From assembly GCA_950097015.1 (NCBI GenBank), contig CATNEN010000001.1, forward strand, positions 2,418,001 to 2,482,000: DNA of 64,000 nt. The letters are read 5' to 3'. The notes below the pieces were generated by a model. It did no database searches. It saw nothing but the letters and a program-made list of their open reading frames with translations, and had not been told where the DNA came from. A program made the position numbers and the translations under genes. Below, in pieces: positions 12,190 to 23,400 of this stretch (position 1 is its first letter; every line of letters starts with the position of its first letter). The DNA is from Macrostomum hystrix (lineage: Eukaryota; Animalia; Platyhelminthes).

Positions 12190-15077
12190 AACTAAACTGT
12201 ATGGATATGGATGAAGATAGAAAGATAAGGGCCTAACTGCATGTGTTAAATTTAATAAAGAACCAATTAGGTGCACAGGGGGCCGGGGCATATTGCCATA
12301 TTTCTTTGTTAGAAGCCAATTGATATATCAAAGAATCGGACTTAAACTTAGGCCTAACTGAAACAAAGGCACAAAGATTTCTTTGATATAGGCTATATAT
12401 AGCTAAATAGCTAGGCAGTTTGCTGGCAGCTACATGTAGGCGTCCTATCTAGTCATTGATAGTTTGGTCGGTGCTGGACAATCAGCTAGCTGTATAGCAT
12501 GCGATTTGCCATCATGCATGGACTCTGTTGTAGAGAGGCAATTGCCAATTTGGTGGCAATGCAGATTGCGATGACTTGCTGCATTATAGACTTGGCATAA
12601 GACGATAAGAGGACCTGCACAGACCATAGGTTCAGTATGGTTTAGTTGTAAAGAGGATCCACTAGGCAGGCACGTGGAAACCGGATGATTCATGCGTTGT
12701 CTACTTGTCTAATTAGTTGTCCCAACTTGTCCATTCTGAAATGATTTTTTGAAGAAAAATATATTCAAAGTATATTCATACCAAATTTTGCTACTGCAAG
12801 TAGTAATCAAAACATTTGACAAACTAAATTCAACGAAAGAGTAAATTTGAATAATGAAAATTTGGCCGCATCTGAAATGAAAAAAGTAACAAAATTAAAA
12901 ATAATAAAACTAGAGTTTTGAGGCTCTAGATTACGTGTAATGATTTGTGAGAGAGGAAAAACATTCTTACTATACATATTTGTCAAATTCGACACTTTAA
13001 GCGACAAAAAAGGCATGTTCGGTTTGATGAATTTCTGTTCGGTTTGATGAAACGTCTATCTGAAAACCGAACGGAGCAGCAAATTCTGTTCCATCAACCG
13101 AACAAGATAAAGAACTGAGTAAATACTAGAGTATTTCACACAAAATATATTGCATTCTGTACAGAATTTAATATTGAATCCAAAGAGTGGTTATAGTCTC
13201 AAATCAGATAAGTTTTGTGGGTTTAAGAGTATTTGTTCTGCACACCTATGATTTTCAATAATCTTGCAAATAAGCGATTTTTTTACTTTCTTCAGAACTT
13301 CTTGGCCTATAACTTTTTTCGTAGTGAATATCATAATAAAACGATAGCACGAAACTGTTTATGAATTAGTCTGCTGTAAGTTAAGTGGTTTTTACAGATA
13401 AAAGCCGATCTCGATGCAAGACAGGAGGTTAAATTCGGCCATGACTTTGTTGTTCGGTTTTGATGAGACGTTGTTCGGTTGATGAGATTTCACTATGTAG
13501 AAATTTAAGCATGCAATGAATGTTTCAAATTAAATTATTTATTATTAACTTTGCAAGCTGCACAACTGCCATTACAACAATTTAGATATCAAATGCAGTC
13601 AGTCCACAAATACCAAACCAAAATTGGGATTGACTAGATTTTTTCCATTTATTTCTTTTAAAAGTGAGAAATAGGTATTAACTTTTAACTTTCCAGAAGT
13701 TAAATTTTTGGCAAAGGTAAAACTTTTAACTTTAAGCAACAGTTACAGTTAAGTTACAGTTAATTAATTGAATTAATTTTTAACGAGTTAAAAATGATTA
13801 ACTTGCCCAGCACTGATTATGAAATCAGTGGCATAGTTCTCAGCAATCCTCTTTACAGAAATATATTCATGTACAAGTGACAAATAGACAAATGGATTTC
13901 TTTGGAATTGTGCATGTGCATGTCTCAACACATAGGCAACGAGGGCCAGTGTAAAATAAGTTTATAACAGATTATAGGATAAATCTAAGTAAAAAATAAA
14001 TCATGCAGAGAGTACATATATACGAGTTTATTGTAAACGATAGTCAATGGCTCAATAATTTGTAGCGTTGATTTGCAGGAAAAAGCAAGTCTTGCGATAC
14101 TTTTTGGCCCGGCTTGGCTTCGAGAAAAGCCTGCTTTAGTTATGTTATAACAACTCCTAAAGTAATGTAGGCCTACAATAAAGTAGGCCAAAAGAAAACA
14201 ATAATATTTACTAGAAAAATAAAATTTAACTGATATTAATAGTATTTACCTTTTTGTTGCTTTTATAATTGCATGTTGTTTGTTTAATTTTCGTTAGTAG
14301 CTGCACTGCACAAGCCCAAGCCTTATATGTCCTCTCACGACTATAAATAAATTATTTTAGGGTCTATATGTCTTTTTTTGTTCTACAAGTCAGGTGCATT
14401 AACTTCTAGACCAGTCTAAAAATTGCATTGTGGCTTCTCTAGCCTAGGCCCACGCCCTTAGCTCACAACTATAGGCTTTGCATTTGTTGTGATTGTCATC
14501 TGTAAGTGTAACTGTAACTTCTTTTTTTAGTTTTGTTTTATTTTTCTGACAAGCCCTGCTGTCTGCTGTCTTACTCAAGTCTATATAATATACTTGAGTA
14601 AATTATATACAGTTAGGCCTATGTTAATATGTATATCAGTTATATTTTTTATATTTAGGCCTATTATCACATTTTTCATTCTACTCAAAACTGTTTGTAA
14701 AAATAATTCCTATCTGGCTAATTAAATTTAAAATAAGCTATGCGCCAATGCCATAAAACATTTATATACATTTGCTACCAAGGTTTTAGTTAGAGAGGCT
14801 TGCAATTTGTATTTCTTGTTAGCTAGCCTAGTCTGAAATTTTAGTTTGCATTAGCAAATTATAGGCCTACTAATTTCTAGAATACTTTGATAAATATAAA
14901 TATCATGATATTTACTAACAGCAAGGCCTAATCATCCTGTGATAGCCATTCCATAGAAAGTGTTTGTAGATAAAACATGAATGGTTTTGTTTTTAATAAA
15001 ACTCAGTTTTTTGTGCATTTAACTGAAATTATTTTATTTTATATTTCAGTAGAAGACCCCGCCAAAATAGTCCAATC

Positions 15078-16107
15078 ATGGTCTGTATGTCAGTACTAGC
15101 TGATGCACTGAATCGGATTGTTCATGCTGAGAAGAAAGGCAAGCGTCAAGTCCTGCTTAGACCATCATCTAAAGTCATTATCCGTTTTCTGCAGGTAAGC
15201 ATTTTAGTTAGCTTTGATCTCTCAAGATCCCAGATCCCCAGTCTTGTCTCTCATTATCCCAGATCCCCAGTCTTGGCTCTCATTATCCCAGATCCCCAGT
15301 CTTGGCTCTCATGATCCCAGATCACCAGTCTTGTCTCTCATTATCCCAGATCCCCAGTATTGTCTCTCAAGATCCCAGATCCCCAGTCTTGTCTCTCATT
15401 ATCCCAGATCCCTAGTCTTGTCTCTCATGATCCCAGATCCCCAGTGTTGTCTCTCAAGATCCCAGATCTCCAGTCTTGTCTCTCATTATCCCAGATCCCC
15501 AGTCTTGTCTCTCATTATCCCAGATCCCCAGTCTTGGCTCTCAAGATCCCAGATCCCCAGTCTTGTCTCTCAAGATCCCAGATCCCCAGTCTTGGCTCTC
15601 AAGATCCCAGATCCCCAGTCTTGTCTCTCAAGATCCCAGATCCCCAGTCTTGACTCTCATGATCATTAGACTGACATAGTCCCAGATCCCGTGTCCAGTT
15701 TTAGCTTTTGCAATCGCAGATCCCCATGTTTTTATTCATTTAGTCCTTGATCTGAACATTTGTTGCTCAATAACTCCCTATTCCCCTTGTACATTGACCA
15801 GCCCCCAAGTACTTCGCCCATCTGCCCGCAGGTGATGCAACGCAAAAACTACATCGGCGATTTCGAAGTGATCGACGATCACCGCTCGGGCAAGATTGTT
15901 GTTGAACTGAATGGCCGGCTAAACAAGTGCAGCGTGGTGTCGCCCCGTTACGACATCCACATGAAGGACATGGAGAAGTGGATCTCTGCAATCCTGCCGT
16001 CTCGCCAGTTTGGCTTTATTGTACTCACCACCTCCGGCGGCATCATGGATCACGAGGAGGCCCGAAGGAAACACCTTGGCGGCAAGATTCTAGGCTATTT
16101 CTTCTGA
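15078..16107 (+). CDS. RPS15A: 40S ribosomal protein S15a (uS8), 2 coding exons 15078-15194 and 15832-16107, 130 aa
   Basis: Spliced product [11 protein letters not shown]...[18 protein letters not shown]|[33 protein letters not shown]...[37 protein letters not shown]. Phase-0 GT-AG intron; canonical 130-aa length; AATAAA at 16181. Confidence 0.97.
15218..15665 (+). repeat. 29-bp intronic minisatellite (TCTCAAGATCCCAGATCCCCAGTCTTGTC), ~15 copies
   Basis: Direct reading, inside the RPS15A intron. Confidence 0.95.
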
Positions 16108-16490
16108 TTGGCTAGTTGACTATCTGCTCTTGATTGGTTGGCGCTGCTTCATTGGCTGAATTTGTTCAGTGATTCGATTTAATAAATAAACGTCCTCTTG
16201 CTGAAGCGAAGCTGCCTTTATTTGAAGGCCTTGGAGAAAAAAAATTATTAATGCATTTTGTATTTTGCCTGTGCGTTTATTTTTTCGCCTTGGGCGTAAA
16301 TTTTACGACAAGCTATCAAGCCTTCTCTACCCGCCTGCGCCCGAAATGAATGTGTCCTACTCGCCACGTATTCGAGTTCTTCCGCTCTGCTGCTCGTCTA
16401 GCGGCGGCACTGTCGGCATATCGTCGAGCGCGTCGGAATGAGTCGATTTGATATTGTCGTTTTCATACGCTGCAGCCGATTCATCTATGA

Positions 16491-17309
16491 CAGGGGTCGG
16501 CAAACTCCGGCCCGCGGGCCAGATGCGGCCCTCGAAGCTCCCAAATCCGGCCCGTTGCCCCTTCTGACATCTACAGTGTCCTGTTTCATCTCTCTCGCGT
16601 CTCATCTCTCCCATGTCTAATCTCTCCCGTGTCTAATCTCTCCCGTGTCTAATCTCTCCCGTGTCTAATCTCTCCCGTGTCTAATCTCTCTCGTGTCTAA
16701 TCTCTCCCGTGTCTAATCTCTCCCGTGTCTAATCTCTCCCGTGTCTAATCTCTTCCCTGTCTAATCTCTCCCGTGTCTAATCTCTCCCGTGTCTAATCTC
16801 TCTCGTGTCTAATCTCTCCCGTGTCTAATCTCTCCCGTGTCTAATCTCTCCCGTGTCTCATCTCTCTCGTGTCCCATCTTTCCTGTGTCTAATCTCTCTC
16901 GTGTCTAATCTCTCCCGTGTCTAATCTCTCCCGTGTCTAATCTCTCCCGTGTCTAATCTCTCTCGTGTCTAATCTCTCCCGTGTCTCATCTCTCCCGTGT
17001 CTAATCTCTCCCGTGTCTAATCTCTCCCGTGTCTAATCTCTCTCGTGTCTAATCTCTCCCGTGTCTAATCTCTCTCGTGTCTAATCTCTCCCGTGTCTAA
17101 TCTCTCCCGTGTCTAATTTCTCCCGTGTCTAATCTCTCCCGTGTCTAATCTCTCCCGTGTCTCATCTCTCTCGTGTCCCATCTTTCCTGTGTCTCATCTC
17201 TCCTGTGTCTCATCTCTCCCCTATCTCATATTTATACAGTCAATGCGGCCCGCTGTCGTCTTTTAGGCTCTCTCTTTGGCCCGCCAGCAAATAAGTTTGC
17301 CTACCCCTG
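16491..17309 (+). mobile_element. hAT-type MITE family 1, copy B, with expanded 16-bp minisatellite (GTGTCTAATCTCTCCC)
   Basis: TIR CAGGGGTCGGCAAACT...AGTTTGCCTACCCCTG; 8-bp TSD ATCTATGA (16483-16490, 17310-17317). Confidence 0.93.
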
Positions 17310-17461
17310 ATCTATGATACAGACAGTTACTTTATACGAGGTGCATTCGAAAAGTTCTTTTCGGTTCTTTGGCATTGTTTTGTAAATGACACAACAATTT
17401 TTTTTCGAATGCGGCAAGTTAAGTTTATGGCCTAAACCTTCCTGAGTTTTTAAGCCTTATA

Positions 17462-18537
17462 CACTCAGCAACATTTAAAACGCAACACTCTAACTAGAAG
17501 AAAAATCAAATCACCCAGAAGAGTCAAAGCGCATAGTCTATGGTTCAAATCGAGCTTCAGAAACGCGTGTAGCTTCCTCTCGCAAGTAACAGGGCGATGA
17601 CTATGGACTGTTTTCAGATAGAGTGATCCAGCTGAGAGAATGGTTCAACAGATGACAGACGCGGAAAGATGGCGAGCAGTCGGAATGTTGGAAGCAGGTT
17701 GTACTCTTCGAACAGTTGCGAACTACTTCGGGAGGTCGCCTTCAACAGTTTTACGTCTGCTACAGAAGAGCAGAGCCACTGGAAGCGTGGCTCACGCGAG
17801 AAAAGGTACGGTGCTTCACCAACTTCGCAGTACAACAGCGAGGGCAGATCGACGCCTGCTGAGAATAGTGCGTGGCAACCCCACACTGCCTGCCACACTC
17901 CTGCGATTGATGTGGGCAGAGAGAAGCCGCAGAGGCAACGTTCTCAGCGCGCAGACGATTCGCCGCAGGATTCACGCTGCAGGATTGCGGTCAAGAAAAA
18001 TGCGGAGGAGGTCGCGTTTGAGTCCTGCACATGTCGCTAACAGGGAACTGTGGGCCATGCAGCGGGCGCACTGGCGGCAAGGACAGTGGCAGCGCGTTAT
18101 CTTTACAGACGAGAGTCGGTTTCGTCTTTTTCGCAGTGATGGTCAAATTCGCGTCTGGCGTGAGCCACGGCAAGAGCTTCTGCAGCAGCACCTGCGTACT
18201 CTTCGGTGGCCTTCAAGATCCCCTGATATGAACCTAATTGAACATGTCTGGGACTTTATCAAGCGGAGTGTTCAACGGCAGAATCCGCCGCAGACAGTCG
18301 CTGAACTGCGACGCTGTTGCTAAACGCTGTTGCTAACGCGTGGCAGGAAATTCCCCAGGACTTTTTTCGACGCCTTGTTCTGGGAATGCCACGTCGAGTC
18401 AACGCCCTGTTACTTGCGAGAGGAGGCTACACGCGTTTCTGAAGCTCGATTTGAACCATAGACTATGCGCTTTGACTCTTCTGAGTGAGTTGATTTTTCT
18501 TCTAGTTAGAGTGTTGCGTTTTAAATGTTGCTGAGTG
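17462..18537 (+). mobile_element. Non-autonomous Tc1 element with ~140-bp TIRs, nested in the mariner 5' region
   Basis: CACTCAGCAACATTTAAAACGCAACACTC... (17462-~17602) mirrors ~18397-18537; TA TSD (17460-61, 18538-39). Confidence 0.92.
17640..18442 (+). pseudogene. Tc1 (DD34E-type) transposase, internally deleted and frameshifted
   Basis: Paired-like HTH N-terminus, VIFTDESRF, WPSRSPDMNLIEHVW and C-terminal ...LLLARGGYTRF* (TGA 18440-42). The second-Asp (QDNA) region is missing. A short duplication (ACGCTGTTGCTA) near 18311-18335 creates an early stop. Confidence 0.9.
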
Positions 18538-18594
18538 TATAGCTGGTGACTGTCTGAGCTAGAAGCAATTTTTTAAGCTACCTGTTTCTTGGCC

Positions 18595-19295
18595 ATGGCA
18601 GAATCTTTTTCAAAGCAAGACGTTCGGAGCTTGATGAAGTTCCAATTCCTGCAAGGAAAGAAACCTCCGGAGATGTTTAGAGAGCTTCAGCAAGTGTTTG
18701 GTGACAGTGCACCAACTGAACAGACTGTTCGAAAGTGGTTCCAGTTGTTCGCTGAAGGCAGAGAGAGCGTCGAGGACAACGACCGCTCTGGAAGACCGAT
18801 GACTGCCACCAACGAGACGTGGTGAAGAAAGTGCAGGAGCTCCTGGATGATGATCGGCGACTGACTTGCGAAGAGCTGTCAGAAGATGTCGGAGAAGACT
18901 GCGAACTGTCAGTTTGCAGTGTGCACACCATTCTGACAGAGCGTCTCAACCTGCAGAAGAAATTCAGCAAGTGGGTGCCACACCTGCTGACAGGTGAGCA
19001 GAAGATATGCAACGCGCTCTGGCCGCCACCAACCACCTGCGTCGTTTCCTTCGAGAAGAAGAGAATTTTCTTTCGTCCGCCCTACTCGCCCGATTTGTCA
19101 CCCTGTGACTTCTTCCTATTCCCATCTGTGAAGAAGCACCTTCGGGGCATTCGATTCGACAGCGTCGAGCACATCAAAGCTGCTTGCCAAGGTGCGGTGC
19201 GTGAAACAGACGCGAGAGGCGTGGGTACTGGAATCAGAGGTCTGGTGCATCGCTGGCAGAAGTGCAAGGACATTGGCGGTGAATATGTTGAGTGA
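18595..19295 (+). pseudogene. Mariner (DD34D-type) transposase, frameshifted and internally deleted
   Basis: HTH N-terminus, RSGRP, KWVPHLL, PPYSPDLSPCDFFLF and RWQKC..GGEYVE. Frameshift near 18820; TGDE and HDNA motifs are absent. Confidence 0.9.
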
Positions 19296-19443
19296 CCGAA
19301 TGACATTGAATGACCTAACCATGTTTTCATTGTTCCATACATTTTTTGTTAATTTTTGCTGAGCACCAAAAATAACTTTTTGAATGCACCTCGTAGTCTT
19401 ACTTTATTAACTTAATTATTATACTATATACTTTACTATAAAT

Positions 19444-19730
19444 AGAGGTTGTAGCCTAGTGGTTAGGGCGTCGGACTCACGAGTCACGACTTGAAGGTCG
19501 GGGGTTCGATTCCCGATTCCACTCAAACAGTTTGTGTCCTTTAGCAAGGCTCTTAACTCTGCATTGCTTTAGTTCACCCAGCTGTTAAATGGGTACCAGC
19601 ATTAGCTGGGATAATCGAAGGTGGGTGTGGCGTCCCCCCAGTCCATGGACTGAACAGCTGTACGCAGTCTTCAGATGTGCTGTCGTCTGCACGTCTGGCC
19701 CGATTGGGACAGGTGTAATCAATATTATTT
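19444..19730 (+). mobile_element. tRNA-derived SINE family A (CORE-like central domain), full length
   Basis: A box TAGCCTAGTGG, B box GGTTCGATTCC, CORE-like GTGTCCTTTAGCAAGGCTCTTAAC...CACCCAGCTGTTAAATGGGTACC, AT-rich tail; four more copies in the window. Confidence 0.88.
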
Positions 19731-20486
19731 TACTTAATATTTTATATTTACAGTCACTTTATATTAAGATGGAGTGCGCTGTCAGCAGGTTACTACAATT
19801 TTTCAAATAAAAAATTACATTCAGCATTAAGCAGTTACGGTTCCGATTCTTTATATTGAACGTCTGATGCGCCCAGTTCAATTGTACTTATATTTAGCAT
19901 ACTGAGCGAAGCATTACTCATACAAAGCGCGGTCGTAAGGCCTTGGTAGCAGGACGGTCGCCATTGGTCGCAAATCACGCTTCGGAATTTTGACCGACAG
20001 GTCGGGAGTTCGAATCTCAGCCGAATACATTCGCCGTAGTGGGTAGACGGCCCATTATTCTCTTTCAACAATTCCAGATTTACCATTAAAAAACAAAAAA
20101 CTGGAAGTAATAAAGCGGCGAACTATTTGCTTTAGTAAACAATTATAAAAGTCTTAAAACAAGTTAGGATACAAATTTACATTGTAGTTTATTATTTACA
20201 CGACGCAGTCAATTTAGTCATCTTTGGCGATCAATCTTATTACTCGGAATTTAAGCACAGCATGTCTTGTGATTTTAAATACAAAGGCTTAACTAACAGA
20301 AGTAGGAAACAGTAAAAAATGCCAATATGTACAAATACCTTGCCCTGCAGGGATATAAAAATGTTGATGTCGATTTACTAATTTATTAATTGAATATTAT
20401 TCTACCTAGAATCTACTCAAAATCTACTCTTCTACCCTCTACTTTACTGCATAATGACATTCACGCCCAGAATCTACGGTCTCCAA

Positions 20487-23400
20487 TCAGCAGAGCAGGA
20501 ATGCCACAGCCAGGCAAGCGGCAAATGCGATGAGGCACAGCAGACCAGTCCAATGCCAGTCGGTTGGCAGCGGTCTCAATTGAAATCTGAGCAGCATCCT
20601 CTTACAGGCCAGGGCCATTTCGTGTCCGTCGGAGTCGCCAATAATTGGAATCGGTGGAGCAGCTGGACTGCAAGGCAGAGAATGCGAGGCCAGGATTCGT
20701 CCATCGGCGGCATCTAGGACTGTCAGACGATCATTGCCAAGGACTGCCACCGCTGCGACTGCCAAGCTCTGACTAGAATAAGCTGTTGATGACAATGAGG
20801 ATAACGGCCAAGACACTAGGAAGGGGCCGTCCGGATTGTTCTTGGCGTCCCAACGCGACTGCGTAACCCCGCGCCATCTGGAGCTGCCGTCGCTGACGTC
20901 GTGAGCTGAGACAACGCCGTCGCCGAATTGGAACAACACCAGGCCGCTGGGCTTGGGTCGGCCTTGAAGAAATTTATTTGACATTAACTTTTATTCACTC
21001 ATTCACTGGCATGAGTCAGTATTGATAATTATCGTACGATTGAAGGCTCTGGGGTCGAAGATATAATTAGGATAACAGGCCCTTTAAAGGAATAATGGGA
21101 TAACAGGCCCTTTAAAGGAATAATGGGATAACAGTCCCTTAAAGGAATAATGGGATAACAGGCCTTTTAAAGGAATAATGGGATAACAGGCCTTTTAAAG
21201 GAATAATGGGATAACAGGTCCTTTAAAGGAATAGTGGGATAACAGGCCTTTTAAAGGAATAATGGGATAACAGGCCTTTTAAAGGAATAATGGGATAACA
21301 GGTCCTTTAAAGGAATAGTGGGATAACAGGCCTTTTAAAGGAATAATGGGATAACAGGTCCTTTAAAGGAATAGTGGGATAACAGGCCTTTTAAAGGAAT
21401 AATGGGATAACAGGCCTTTTAAAGGAATAATGGGATAACAGGCCTTTTAAAGGAATAATGGGATAACAGGTCCTTTAAAGGAATAGTGGGATAACAGGCC
21501 TTTTAAAGGAATAATGGGATAACAGGCCTTCTGAAGAACAATGGAAAAAGGTTCTCAAAGAAAAATAGGTCCCTAAAAGACACTATACAGGCCAGTGAGG
21601 AAAATACCAAAGGCAGCAAGTATCTCACCCAACAGGTGTGCCAGTAGCACAGCCCATCCGCCGTTCTGCCCAGCCGGCAATGGCAGCAGCAATGGAACAG
21701 CAGCAGCAGCAGCAGCAGCGGAAGCAAAACTAGCTCCATCATCAGCTCTAGCGTCGCACAGATTGTTGAAAATTCGCAATCGACTCTGACTGAATTCACC
21801 ATCGTCAATGCTGGCAGCTTCGGCTGTGCAATTCAACCCTGTGCCGACTCTCATTGGCCAGCTAGATTGGCTATCATTGATGACGTCATACGCGCCGCGT
21901 CTGCCGTCCAACCGGAGTCGATGCAGGCGAGCTCCGCTGCTAGGATCCAACAGGTCGATCCAGTCGCCTAGACGTAGCGCTAGGACGTTGCCATCCCGAC
22001 GACGACGACTGATGTCGCAATATAGGCAAGACGTCATCAGTTCGGCGTCCACATCTGAGCGCCACGTGAATGGCTTCGAATGTGTTTTTACGTTTTTATG
22101 CAGGTGAATTTATGCAGTTCTTAATTAATGTTTCTACTTTCAGTAGGGTTTCTAGAATATCAGCACAAATTTTAGACAGGTTCTAATATCTCTACTTTCA
22201 GTAGGGTTTCTAGAATATCAGCACAAATTTTAGACAGGTTCTAATATCTCTACTTTCAGTAGGGTTTCTAGAATATCAGCACAAATTTTAGACAGGTTCT
22301 AATATCTCTACTTTCAGTAGGGTTTCTAGAATATCAGCACAAATTTTAGACAGGTTCTAATATCTCTACTTTCAGTAGGGTTTCTAGAATATCAGCACAA
22401 ATTTTAGACAGGTTCTAATATCTCTACTTTCAGTAGGGTTTCTAGAATATCAGCACAAATTTTAGACAGGTTCTAATATCTCTACTTTCAGTAGGGTTTC
22501 TAGAATATCAGCACAAATTTTAGACAGGTTCTAATATCTCTACTTTCAGTAGGGTTTCTAGAATATCAGCACAAATTTTAGACAGGTTCTAATATCTCTA
22601 CTTTCAGTAGGGTTTCTAGAATATTTGCACAAATTTTAGGCAGTTTCTAATATATTTATTAATACATTCAGTAGGGTTTAAAGAATATTTTCGCAAAACA
22701 TTTTAAATTTAAAACTGACCAATACATCGCGATAAACTGGCAGCACAGAGTCGAACGAGCGAGCGCTAACCAACCGTCGCGTGAGAAGATGACGAGCCCA
22801 CTCCAGCTTCCAGTAGTGACTGACGCCTTTACTAACAAAGTCGTGTCCATCCTCGATGTCGGAGTTTTGCGGCGAATTTTGCCACACAAGCGTGCCATTC
22901 AGCAAATTGAATGCCAGCGTCACTGGAGGCAGCAGGTCAGCCGCTGTCTGGTTGAAGCTGAAAAAAGCAAAACGAGTAAAACGTCATAAGTAGACTACTT
23001 TTAGTAGAAAAAAACATTTTTTTCGCTTTCTATAAATAGCTCTATAATGGTCCAGAAGTGAAGGCCGGTAGATACTGAAAGCTGAGTAAGGTGTACTAAA
23101 TACATAAAATTTGAAGAAATAAACAAAAGCTTACTCTTGCTCAAATGAACGCACTTTGTCCACCAATCGATAGGATGTTACTATCAATAAGCAAGCAAAC
23201 ACTCTGGCATCCAGACGACAATGAGCCCGAATCACAGACATTGTTAACGGCTTGACTTCGTAGCTTGATAGTAACAATGGACTTAAACTTGTCAAGGGAT
23301 TCAAACTGTACTGCTGCTTTAGTTGACGCTGATTGTCGTCTTTTTCGTCTCCAGTCGAAGCGAGCACGCGAATTATGCCCGTAGCTGATTGGACAATTAA

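Larger units (their letters stand above)
172..13493. mobile_element. Candidate large decayed DNA transposon bounded by 23-bp inverted repeats, filled with satellites
   Basis: GTGAAATCTCATCAACCGAACAA (172-194) is the exact reverse complement of 13471-13493. Extra copies of the TCATCAA(A)CCGAAC motif cluster near both ends (about 360-415, 13015-13107, 13450-13468). Contains a pogo-like HTH pseudogene. No clean TSD seen. Confidence 0.5.
17337..19393 (+). mobile_element. Non-autonomous mariner element (host of a nested Tc1)
   Basis: TIR CGAGGTGCATTC(G/A)AAAAGTT at both ends; TA TSD (17335-36, 19394-95); mariner transposase remnant inside. Confidence 0.9.

Noticed and set aside
13670-13816. hAT MITE with a CAGTGCTGGGCAAGTT end and GTTAA/GTTAC repeats
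   Set aside because: Only one terminus is visible; no partner TIR or TSD.
19444-19525. Functional tRNA genes at the SINE heads (also 40470, 44690, 45375, 52222)
   Set aside because: A and B boxes are present, but there is no closed acceptor stem and each continues into a shared SINE body.
19950-20030. tRNA-like stretch with GTTCGAATC
   Set aside because: Only a B box and T-arm could be found; no cloverleaf and no second copy.
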